A DNA stretch of 64,000 nucleotides from Bacilli bacterium (GTDB lineage Bacteria; Bacillota_I; Bacilli_A; ML615J-28; CAG-313), in contig JAFQRV010000034.1 in the NCBI GenBank assembly GCA_017409905.1, positions 8,277 to 72,276 of the forward strand, written 5' to 3'. Below the pieces are notes generated by a model that searched no databases, was not told the origin of the DNA, and saw only the letters and a program-made list of their open reading frames with translations. Position 1 is the stretch's first letter. Each line of letters opens with the position of its first letter. The position numbers were made by a program, and so were the translations under genes. Of this stretch, positions 27,867 through 36,401 are shown piece after piece.

Positions 27867-30261
27867 AAGATCTTAATGTAGCTTTAAACTTAGTTTCAGC
27901 CATTTCTAAAATTTTATTAACTTTTTCATTAATAACTTCATCAGTTAAATTGTTATCTGATTCAAAGTAAATTGATATCGCAACACTCTTCTTAGAACCA
28001 AGTTGTGCTGATTCATATAAGTCAAATACTTCCACTTTAGAAATCATATCTTTTGATGTTCTTTGAATAGTTTCAATTAAATCACCAACTGATACAGTCT
28101 TTTCCATAACTAAAGCTAAGTCTCTAACAACTGTTGGTTTTTTCACAATACTTTGGAATTTAGTAATTGTTGATTTTGCATTTAAAATCTTCGTTAATAC
28201 TATTTCAAATATATATGTATCAATTAAACCAAGTTCATGAGTATATGCTGGATGTAAGCTTGATACATAACCAATTACTTCATTTTGGAATTTAATTTCA
28301 GCACATCTACCTGGATGTAAATGACTATCCGCATTATTCATTTTTTGGAATTTAACAGTTAATCCTAAATGATCAAATAAGTTTTCTAAAATACCTTTTA
28401 CTAAATAGAAATCAACTTTTTCTTTTCCACCGCGCCAAGTATTTCCATTAAATGTTCCACTAAATAACCCACTTAAAACAGCTTCTTCTTTAGTTTCTTC
28501 ATTTTCCATATAATATCTTGAACCAATTTCAAATAATGCAAGATCTGTAATCTTTCTTGCTGAATTATAACATGCAACATCAATAATAGAAGGAACTAAA
28601 CCTTTTCTTAAAACTGCATGTTCTTCACTCATTGGATGCATTAACGCAATTTCAGTAGTATTCTTTTTATGAAGTGTTGTAAATCTTTCGTTGTATTCTT
28701 TACTTACTAATGCATAAGTAACTACTTCATTTAAACCTAACATACTTAATGTATTTCTAATAAGTTTAGTTCTTTTTTGAGGAACTGTTAATTCACCAAC
28801 ATTTTCCATTCTAGGTAGGCTTGTAACTAAATTATCGTATCCATGCATTCTTGCAAGTTCTTCAATTAAGTCAGCTTTAATTGTAATATCCATTCTTCTA
28901 TTTGGAACAATTACATCATAAGATCCACATTCTTTTTCAACTAAAGTGAATCCTAAGTTTTCTAAAATTGTTTCAAATTTTTCTTTTTCAATTTCAATAC
29001 CTAAATATTTTTGAACATCAGTTAAAGATAATTCAATAGTTTTTGAAGCTATTTCATCAAGTCCTTGATGAACAATACCATTTAATACTTTACCATCAGC
29101 ATATTTTTCAAGTAAATATGCAGCATAATCTAATGCAGTTTGTGTTTGATTTAAATCAACACCTCTTTCAAAACGAACACTTGATTCACTTCTTAAGCCA
29201 AGTCTTGATGAAGTTTTACGAACTGAAAGTGGATTAAAGATTGCGGCTTCTAAAACAATATTTTTTGTTTCATTAGTAACTTCAGTATTAGCACATCCCA
29301 TTACACCACCAATACAACATACTTCTTCACCATTAGTGATAACTACATCTGTTGGTTGTAATTTTCTTTCAATATCATCTAAAGTTGTAATTGTTTCATT
29401 TTCAAAACCATTTCTAACAACAATTTTATTTCCTAGTTTATCTTGATCAAAAGCATGTAATGGTTGACCAAATAATACTAAGATATAGTTAGTAATATCA
29501 ACTACATTATTAATACATCTAATACCAGATGCCATTAATCTACTCTTAATAAAGTCTGGGCTTTCTTTAATAGTTACATCTTTAATTACTCTTGCATTAT
29601 AAGTTAGACAGTTTGGTGTATCAACTACTACTTCTACTTCTTCACTTGCTTTTTTAGCTTCTTCATTTAGTTGGAAGTTTTCTTTATAAAGTGTAGTACC
29701 ATAATATGCCGCTAAATCTTGTGCAACACCATACATACTTAATAAATCCATTCTATTAGGTGTAAGACCTAATTCAATAATATCATCAACTAAACCTAAA
29801 TATTCTAATGCATCAACACCAAGGGGAGCATCTTCACTTAATACATATATTCCATCTTTATATTCTTCAGGAATATATTTAGATTCTAAATTAACTTCTT
29901 GTAGTGAACAAATCATACCATTAGATTCAACACCACGAATAACACCTTTTTTAATTGTTCCACCAGGAAGTACAGCACCAGGCAAAGCAAGCATAATCTT
30001 TTGACCAGCTTTAACATTTGGAGCACCACAAACAACTTGTAAGATTTCACTTCCTGTATCAACTTTTGTAACATGTAAGTGATCAGAATCTGGGTGATCA
30101 ACACACTCTAATACTTTACCAACAATAATATTAGTTCCTTCAGTTAATTTTGATGTAGCATCAATTTCAACAATATGCGCATTAAAATCAGCTAATAATT
30201 GTTCATAAGTTACACCAGTTAAATCAACTAATTCTTTTAACCATTTATAAGAAACTCGCAT
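27865..30261 (-). CDS. pheT: Phenylalanine--tRNA ligase beta subunit
   Basis: HPDSDHL, VVCGAPNV, TPNRMD, NNVVDITNY, SSVRFERG, C-terminal FDX-ACB domain. Confidence 0.97.
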   Translation of the reverse strand: MRVSYKWLKELVDLTGVTYEQLLADFNAHIVEIDATSKLTEGTNIIVGKVLECVDHPDSDHLHVTKVDTGSEILQVVCGAPNVKAGQKIMLALPGAVLPGGTIKKGVIRGVESNGMICSLQEVNLESKYIPEEYKDGIYVLSEDAPLGVDALEYLGLVDDIIELGLTPNRMDLLSMYGVAQDLAAYYGTTLYKENFQLNEEAKKASEEVEVVVDTPNCLTYNARVIKDVTIKESPDFIKSRLMASGIRCINNVVDITNYILVLFGQPLHAFDQDKLGNKIVVRNGFENETITTLDDIERKLQPTDVVITNGEEVCCIGGVMGCANTEVTNETKNIVLEAAIFNPLSVRKTSSRLGLRSESSVRFERGVDLNQTQTALDYAAYLLEKYADGKVLNGIVHQGLDEIASKTIELSLTDVQKYLGIEIEKEKFETILENLGFTLVEKECGSYDVIVPNRRMDITIKADLIEELARMHGYDNLVTSLPRMENVGELTVPQKRTKLIRNTLSMLGLNEVVTYALVSKEYNERFTTLHKKNTTEIALMHPMSEEHAVLRKGLVPSIIDVACYNSARKITDLALFEIGSRYYMENEETKEEAVLSGLFSGTFNGNTWRGGKEKVDFYLVKGILENLFDHLGLTVKFQKMNNADSHLHPGRCAEIKFQNEVIGYVSSLHPAYTHELGLIDTYIFEIVLTKILNAKSTITKFQSIVKKPTVVRDLALVMEKTVSVGDLIETIQRTSKDMISKVEVFDLYESAQLGSKKSVAISIYFESDNNLTDEVINEKVNKILEMAETKFKATLRS

Positions 30262-30262
30262 A

Positions 30263-31294
30263 TTATTCTCCTTTCTTGAATTGATTTAAGAATCTTACAT
30301 CATCAATGTAGAAATTTCTAATATCATCAATTCCATATCTTAACATTGTTACACGTTCAACACCGATACCGAAGGCAAAACCTCTCATCTTAGTTGAATC
30401 ATATCCAGCCATTTCTAAAACATTAGGGTGAACCATACCTGCACCTAGAATTTCAATCCAACCAGATTTTTTACAAATAGGGCAACCTTTTCCACCACAT
30501 TTAAAACAACTAACGTCTACTTCAACACTTGGTTCTGTAAATGGGAAGAATGAAGGACGGAAACGAATCTTTCTGTCACTTCCAAACATTTTTTCCATTA
30601 CTTTTTGAAGTGTTCCTTTTAAATCAGATAAAGTAATATTTTCATCCACTACTAACCCTTCAATTTGCATAAATTGATGGCTATGTGTAGCATCATCATC
30701 ATCTCTTCTATATACTCTACCCGGACAAACAATTTTAATTGGTTTTCCTTTGGCTTCTAAAAGTGTTCGAACTTGTACTGAAGATGTTTGTGTTCTAAGT
30801 AAAGTTTCTTCAGTAATATAGAATGAATCTTGCATATCACGAGCAGGGTGACCTACAGGTACATTTAACATTTCAAAATTATATTTGTCAATTTCAACTT
30901 CCGGACCTTCCGCAACATTATATCCCATACCAATAAAGATTGTATTTAATTCATCAATTACTTTATTAAGTGGATGAATTGAACCAGTATTCAATACTTT
31001 ACCAGGCATAGTAACATCAATTGTTTCACTCATTAGTTTTTCATTAATCGCAATTTGTTCTAATTCTTTTCTTCTTACGACTACTAATTCTTCAATCTTT
31101 GTTTTGAATGCATTTACTTTTTGTCCTAATTCTTTTTTACCTTCTATTGATAAAGTAGCCATTTGTTTCATTATTTCATTTAATGGGCTTTTCTTTCCTA
31201 AATAGAATGCTTTCTTTTCATTTAATTCATTTTGTGTATTACAAGCTTGGATCTCACTACTAGCATCTTGTAACATTTTTTCTAAATCTGCCAT
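30263..31294 (-). CDS. pheS: Phenylalanine--tRNA ligase alpha subunit
   Basis: [35 protein letters not shown]. Start is ATG 31294 with AGGAGG; the ORF-track extension lies inside the T-box leader. Confidence 0.97.
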   Translation of the reverse strand: MADLEKMLQDASSEIQACNTQNELNEKKAFYLGKKSPLNEIMKQMATLSIEGKKELGQKVNAFKTKIEELVVVRRKELEQIAINEKLMSETIDVTMPGKVLNTGSIHPLNKVIDELNTIFIGMGYNVAEGPEVEIDKYNFEMLNVPVGHPARDMQDSFYITEETLLRTQTSSVQVRTLLEAKGKPIKIVCPGRVYRRDDDDATHSHQFMQIEGLVVDENITLSDLKGTLQKVMEKMFGSDRKIRFRPSFFPFTEPSVEVDVSCFKCGGKGCPICKKSGWIEILGAGMVHPNVLEMAGYDSTKMRGFAFGIGVERVTMLRYGIDDIRNFYIDDVRFLNQFKKGE

Positions 31295-31310
31295 TTTTAT
31301 CCTCCTAAAA

Positions 31311-31545
31311 ATAAAAAAACGTCCTTTTATACAAAGGACGATTATATCGTGGTACCACCTTATTTCAAAAGAAAAATATATATATTTTTCTTTCCTCATT
31401 AGTCTTTTAACGCAAGACATACGTGCTTTTTTAGAGCCACTATAAGGGTGAACATAAAACAATAATTTATAAAGAACTCACAGTCTAGATTCTTTTTCCC
31501 TGGCTAAACTATATATAGTTTTATTCTTCCTTTTTAAACGCTTTA
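31311..31545 (-). promoter_or_regulatory. T-box riboswitch (Phe) upstream of pheST
   Basis: T-box AAGGTGGTACCACG (31361-31348); terminator CGTCCTTT-GTATA-AAAGGACG followed by T7; stem I elements CAGGGA and GACTGTGA; specifier codon TTC at 31452-31450. Confidence 0.92.
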
Positions 31546-31580
31546 TTTTGAATACTAAATTATTATATCAAATTTTATTC

Positions 31581-32141
31581 TTATTTTGTTGTTTTTTGAT
31601 AATAAACATCATTTAATACTTTGTTAGATGTTTTTTCATCTAATAAATATTCAATAATCAATTCTGCAAAATCAAAGGTTGCACCCATGGCTTTAGCAGT
31701 AATAATATTATTAACTCTTACCGCAGTCTTATCTACTAAAATTCCTGCAAACTCATCACTTTCACAACCTGGGAAGCATATATATTCAATTCCTTTTAAA
31801 TATCCATATTTTCCTAAAATCATTGGAGCAGCACAAATACATGCAACAAGTTTATTTTTATTCATGAAGAATTCAACAATTGATTTTGTAGTATAACTTT
31901 CTAAATGTTTATTAAATACGGCTTTCCCACCTGGGATAATTAAGAATTCATAATCATTTAAATTAATTGTTTTAATATTTTTATCACAAACAACTGTGAT
32001 ATTACCACTACTTATTACATTTAATTCTTTTTCCATGCTTACTAAATCTAGTTCGATTTTTGCTCTTCTTAATAAATCAATTGTAATAATTGCTTCTGAT
32101 TCTTCAAAACCATTCGCAAGGATTATTAAACCTTTAGGCAT
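31581..32141 (-). CDS. DJ-1/PfpI (ThiJ/YajL-like) family protein
   Basis: GFEESEA, IPGG, ACICAAP nucleophile elbow; likely start MPKGLII at 32141. Confidence 0.9.
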   Translation of the reverse strand: MPKGLIILANGFEESEAIITIDLLRRAKIELDLVSMEKELNVISSGNITVVCDKNIKTINLNDYEFLIIPGGKAVFNKHLESYTTKSIVEFFMNKNKLVACICAAPMILGKYGYLKGIEYICFPGCESDEFAGILVDKTAVRVNNIITAKAMGATFDFAELIIEYLLDEKTSNKVLNDVYYQKTTK

Positions 32142-32643
32142 TTCTTTTACCATGTAAATACTCTCCATATAATAACTTAATAATATGTTCAAAGATATCA
32201 ACTCTTTTTACCATACCATCAGTAAAATAACCAATAGCTCCTTCAGTATGTTTAATATCTTTCATACCAAAGTATTTATCCATTGCATCACTTAGTTCTA
32301 ATCCTTCTTCAAACAATACTTGTTTAAAGAATGGGGGTAAAACAATTCTTGTTCCACCAGCTTTATAGATATTATTATCTTGATCAATTAAAACTCCAAA
32401 ATTAGTTAAATATAAATCACCATGTAATAACTCAACCCCTGCTTCTAAACCAACTCTTAAACCATCAACTGGTAATGCCATAGCACGGTTAATTGCACCT
32501 GTCATTGTTTCTTCATCATTTTTTGGTTGACATGATACTTTTGAATCAACATTCATTGGAATAATTTCATAACCTAGAGGTTCTAAGATATTTCTTACAG
32601 CCCCAACTTTTACTTTATTTGTAGAACCGATATATATTTTCAT
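32134..32643 (-). CDS. yjjX: Inosine/xanthosine triphosphatase (YjjX/DUF84 family)
   Basis: GSTNKVKV, QP..DEETMTGAINRA, GLEAG, GAIGYFTDG. Confidence 0.88.
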   Translation of the reverse strand: MKIYIGSTNKVKVGAVRNILEPLGYEIIPMNVDSKVSCQPKNDEETMTGAINRAMALPVDGLRVGLEAGVELLHGDLYLTNFGVLIDQDNNIYKAGGTRIVLPPFFKQVLFEEGLELSDAMDKYFGMKDIKHTEGAIGYFTDGMVKRVDIFEHIIKLLYGEYLHGKRNA

Positions 32644-33269
32644 TATTTTTCAACCTTTACATAATATATTGGATTTCCCATTGAAGAGAATTTATCTTCA
32701 TATTCAGTAGTTATTATATCTTCTTTATCTTTATGAAGATCTAATGATAATTCACTAAATAGATAATTTTCTTTATTAAATGTCATAATCGAATATTCAA
32801 ATAAACCTCTATTATCTGTCTTGAATTCAATAACAGTCGGTTTTTTTGTCACTTCTTCATAACTTCTTAAAAAAGTAGATGATGTTAATCTTCTTTTTTC
32901 GTGTCTTGCTTTTGGCCATGGATCACTGAAATTTAGAAAGATTTTGTCAATACTTTCTTTTTCAAATAATTCAAGTAAATTAGTAGCATCTGCACAAACT
33001 AATTTTAAATTTGGTAAATCATATTCTTCTAATTTAACTAATGCTTGTAAGATAACACTTTCATATTTTTCAAAACCAATATAATTAATATTAGGATTTC
33101 TTCTAGCATGTTCAATGATAAAATTACCTTTTCCCATCCCAATTTCTAAATATACTGGACGTTTTACATCAAACAATTCATCAATATTTAATTTATCTGT
33201 TGGATGTAAAATTAAATTATCATACTTTAAAATTCTCTCATGTGCACGGCGTACATTACGTCTTCTCAT
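32643..33269 (-). CDS. trmB: tRNA (guanine-N7)-methyltransferase
   Basis: LEIGMGKG, NFSDPWPKARHEKRRLT, FKTDN, TEYE. Confidence 0.96.
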   Translation of the reverse strand: MRRRNVRRAHERILKYDNLILHPTDKLNIDELFDVKRPVYLEIGMGKGNFIIEHARRNPNINYIGFEKYESVILQALVKLEEYDLPNLKLVCADATNLLELFEKESIDKIFLNFSDPWPKARHEKRRLTSSTFLRSYEEVTKKPTVIEFKTDNRGLFEYSIMTFNKENYLFSELSLDLHKDKEDIITTEYEDKFSSMGNPIYYVKVEK

Positions 33270-33270
33270 A

Positions 33271-34626
33271 TTATTTACCTAATTCATATATAGCATCACA
33301 ATAAATTGCGATAGCTTCTTCTAATTTATCTAAATCGATACATTCATCTGTCATATGGGCAAGACTAGCTTCATTTGGTGATTCCATACCAAACGCAACA
33401 CCATGTTTTAATACTCTTGCATATGTTCCACCACCAATACTTTTTGGTTTATTTTTTGTATCACCACTATATTTAACATAAGAGTTATATAAAGTTTTTA
33501 CTAAGAAATCTTCACTATCAATATAGTGTGGTTCTTTTTGTTCGACAACTTCATAACTAATACCATAGATATTTAAAATATTAGTAAATGGTTCTTTAAA
33601 GAAATCAAAATCAAAACCGACTGGATATCTAATATCAAAAGTAAACTTTGTTTCATTTTCATTAAAATCCATAATACCAACATTATTAGTAATAATACCC
33701 ATTACTTTATGAGTAACTTTCATTCCTAACTTACACATATTATAATCCAGATGAATACAGTTATTAATAAACTTTAATGTTGGATGATTAAAGTATTTAT
33801 TTAAAAAACATGCTAAATGTGTTCCAGCATTTATTCCGTTTTCTGGAACCATTGCGTGAGCTGTTACTCCGTTTAGAGTATATATATATTCATCGTTAAC
33901 AAAATCAACTTCCCCTGTTAAATTATTAGTACTTAAGTATTCAGCAAATTCATCACATAAATCAACTTTAGTAATAGCTTTAGCTTTACCAATTACCGCA
34001 TTAAAAATATTTCCACCAACTAGTTTAAATTCTCTAGAAGGTAGTCCTTTTAACACGATTCGCATAATTCCTTTTTCACCATTAATTAATGGCCAATCAG
34101 CATCTGGAGAAAAACCAACTTCTGGTAAACTATATCTTTCTTTATAGTGAGCAAGTCCTCTCCAACCTGTTTCTTCATCAGTACCAAGAATTAATTCAAC
34201 ATTCTTTGTTAATTTAATACCTTGTTCTTTTAAAATCTTCATCGCAATATAACTAGCAACTGTTGGACCTTTATCATCCATTGTTCCTCTACCATACATT
34301 TTATTATCAAAAATTTCAGCAGAAAATGGTGGATATGTCCAACCAGTATCAACTGGTACAACATCTAAATGACCAAGTACCGCAATACTTTCATTACTAG
34401 TTCCTTTTAAAGTAACACGTCCTGCATAACCTTCATCATTTAATACATCAAAACCATCTTGTTTTGCTGTAGATAAAAAGAATTCTAAACAATCATTAAT
34501 TCCTTTACCAAAAGGGGTCTTTTCACTACTAGTTGTAGGATCTAATATACTATTAATTTGAACTAATTTTTTTAATAGTTCAACCGCTTCTTCTTTGTAT
34601 TGTTTTGCAAGTAACTTAAAATCCAT
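33271..34626 (-). CDS. pepV: M20 dipeptidase (PepV/Sapep family)
   Basis: GHLDVVP, GRGTMDDKGP, GTDEETGW, GGGTYAR. Confidence 0.9.
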   Translation of the reverse strand: MDFKLLAKQYKEEAVELLKKLVQINSILDPTTSSEKTPFGKGINDCLEFFLSTAKQDGFDVLNDEGYAGRVTLKGTSNESIAVLGHLDVVPVDTGWTYPPFSAEIFDNKMYGRGTMDDKGPTVASYIAMKILKEQGIKLTKNVELILGTDEETGWRGLAHYKERYSLPEVGFSPDADWPLINGEKGIMRIVLKGLPSREFKLVGGNIFNAVIGKAKAITKVDLCDEFAEYLSTNNLTGEVDFVNDEYIYTLNGVTAHAMVPENGINAGTHLACFLNKYFNHPTLKFINNCIHLDYNMCKLGMKVTHKVMGIITNNVGIMDFNENETKFTFDIRYPVGFDFDFFKEPFTNILNIYGISYEVVEQKEPHYIDSEDFLVKTLYNSYVKYSGDTKNKPKSIGGGTYARVLKHGVAFGMESPNEASLAHMTDECIDLDKLEEAIAIYCDAIYELGK

Positions 34627-34627
34627 A

Positions 34628-34999
34628 TTATTTTACCTTTTCTAATGCTTCAGCTAATGCTTCATTTGAACACTTAATGATATTACCAGTTATTTGTGTT
34701 CCTACATTCATTGCTTTTAACATTTCAAAATTAACTAATTTTTTATCTACTACTTTTACAAGTATTCTATTTAATTGTCTTTCAGTATGAACTATATTTT
34801 CAAGACCTCCAAATATTTCAATAGCCTCATTACTAGGCATTTTTTTATTTTTTGATCTTTTATTTCTTTTTACTTGTTTTTTAATTATTTGAATTAACTT
34901 TAAAACGCCAACTACTAATAAAGATAAAATAAATAATCCCATAATTGATAATACTACAATTACAGCTGGATCTAGTGGTTTACTAAATAATAAAAACAT
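34628..34999 (-). CDS. Membrane-anchored degenerate PTS EIIB-like protein lacking the active-site Cys
   Basis: N-terminal TM helix; FGGLENIVHTERQLNRI aligns to the glucose-family EIIB motif LGGxxNIxxxxxCxTRL with Gln at the Cys position. Confidence 0.7.
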   Translation of the reverse strand: MFLLFSKPLDPAVIVVLSIMGLFILSLLVVGVLKLIQIIKKQVKRNKRSKNKKMPSNEAIEIFGGLENIVHTERQLNRILVKVVDKKLVNFEMLKAMNVGTQITGNIIKCSNEALAEALEKVK

Positions 35000-35028
35000 A
35001 TATATGTCCTCCTATATTCTCTTTTATT

Positions 35029-35057
35029 ATTATAATCAATTTGTTAATATTTGTCAA
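35029..35057 (-). promoter_or_regulatory. Consensus sigma-A promoter for the EIIB-pepV-trmB-yjjX-DJ-1 operon
   Basis: TTGACA (35057-35052), 17-bp spacer, TATAAT (35034-35029). Confidence 0.8.
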
Positions 35058-35110
35058 ATTGTTTAAGTCAAGAAATATCATTATAATCAATATAATATAT
35101 TGGTGATTAA

Positions 35111-35881
35111 ATGAACATTAAAACATTATTAAAATATATATTATTAAGTCTTGTTCAAGGTTTTACAGAACCACTTCCAATTAGTAGTAGTGGTCATATG
35201 ATTATTACAAGAAATCTTTTAAATATTGATAATCAAGATTTAACTTTAGAAATCTTTTTAAATTTCGCATCTATGCTTGCGATATTCATATATATGTTTA
35301 CTAAAAGAATTCATTTAAAAGTTATTTTAAAAAACCCTAATTTAATTACTAAATTAATTATTGCATCAATTCCATGTATTATTATTGGCATACTATTTAA
35401 AGATAAAATTGAACAGATTTCTATTAATTCTAAATTTATTGGTATTACTCTACTCATTACAACTATTTTATTATTTTTATCATCACTAAATTTTCCTAAA
35501 TGTTCAATTGATTCTATTACTAATATTGATTCTTTAAAACTAGGAATTGCACAATCAGTAGCGTTAGTTCCAGGAATTAGTAGAATGGGAACAGTATTAA
35601 GTACTGGTATATTTTTAAAATTAAATATTAGAACTATTTTAGATTTTTCTTTTTTAATGTATTTAATAGTTAGTATTGGTAGTTTTATTTTAACTATTCC
35701 TAATTTATTCTTAATTGATTCTTCTTTACTTCTTTATTATTTTATTAGTTTTATTGTTACTTTTATTTTTACTTACTTTAGTATTAATTGGTTTTATAAT
35801 ATTATTAATAAAAAAAGTTTAATGGGCTTTTCAATCTATACTTTAATACTTGGAATTATTTTAATTATTTTAGGCAAATAA
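35111..35881 (+). CDS. uppP: Undecaprenyl-diphosphate phosphatase (BacA/UppP)
   Basis: VQGFTEPLPISSSGH, AQSVALVPGISRMG; multiple TM helices. Confidence 0.92.
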   Translation: MNIKTLLKYILLSLVQGFTEPLPISSSGHMIITRNLLNIDNQDLTLEIFLNFASMLAIFIYMFTKRIHLKVILKNPNLITKLIIASIPCIIIGILFKDKIEQISINSKFIGITLLITTILLFLSSLNFPKCSIDSITNIDSLKLGIAQSVALVPGISRMGTVLSTGIFLKLNIRTILDFSFLMYLIVSIGSFILTIPNLFLIDSSLLLYYFISFIVTFIFTYFSINWFYNIINKKSLMGFSIYTLILGIILIILGK

Positions 35882-35935
35882 ACTGTTTACTATTCATTTA
35901 TTAACATATTCTATAAATGAAAGTGAGGTGCTATT

Positions 35936-36331
35936 ATGGCTTGTGTAGTTACAACTACTCCAAAAAATAATGGAACAATTCTAGATATTTTAAAGAGAAT
36001 TGACAGAATGCAAAAAGATGCAGTTAATCAAGATTTAGCAGGTAACTGTAATACTTGTATTTTCTCACCTGTATATAATACAAAACCGATTTCTGTCTAT
36101 ACATGTAATGGCTTATTAACAGTTAATACTACAGCAATTGATACTACTACAGCAAACGTCTTTAGAGTAGAAGCCGTTAATGATGAAACTGTTGTTTTAC
36201 GTTTAATTACGGTTGTTGGTGAAGAATTAACTTGTACTAATAATACAATTACTATTAAAGTTAGTTGTATTTGTGGTATTCAATGTTTTGACTCTATTAC
36301 TTGTACATTATGTAATCAAACAGGAGCATAA
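35936..36331 (+). CDS. CotY/CotZ-family Cys-rich spore coat/crust protein homolog
   Basis: I.DIL..I..MQ, NTKP, VFRVEAV, C-terminal CICGIQC resemble the CotY/CotZ motifs FRVE and CFCAIQC; RBS GAGGTG. Confidence 0.78.
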   Translation: MACVVTTTPKNNGTILDILKRIDRMQKDAVNQDLAGNCNTCIFSPVYNTKPISVYTCNGLLTVNTTAIDTTTANVFRVEAVNDETVVLRLITVVGEELTCTNNTITIKVSCICGIQCFDSITCTLCNQTGA

Positions 36332-36332
36332 T

Positions 36333-36362
36333 AAAAAAGAGTAATCCATTTGGATTACTCTT
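36333..36362 (-). terminator. Intrinsic terminator for the LRR lipoprotein gene
   Basis: AAGAGTAATCCA / TGGATTACTCTT with an A-tract on its left. Confidence 0.7.
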
Positions 36363-36373
36363 GGACACTTTCG

Positions 36374-36400
36374 AAATATGAACTAAGGTTCATATTTTTT
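36374..36400 (+). terminator. Intrinsic terminator for uppP/cotZ-like
   Basis: AAATATGAAC-TAAG-GTTCATATTT followed by a T-tract. Confidence 0.65.
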
Positions 36401-36401
36401 A

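Noticed and set aside
31295-31462. 56-aa N-terminal extension of PheS in the ORF track
   Set aside because: It runs through the T-box antiterminator and terminator; the start with AGGAGG is at 31294.
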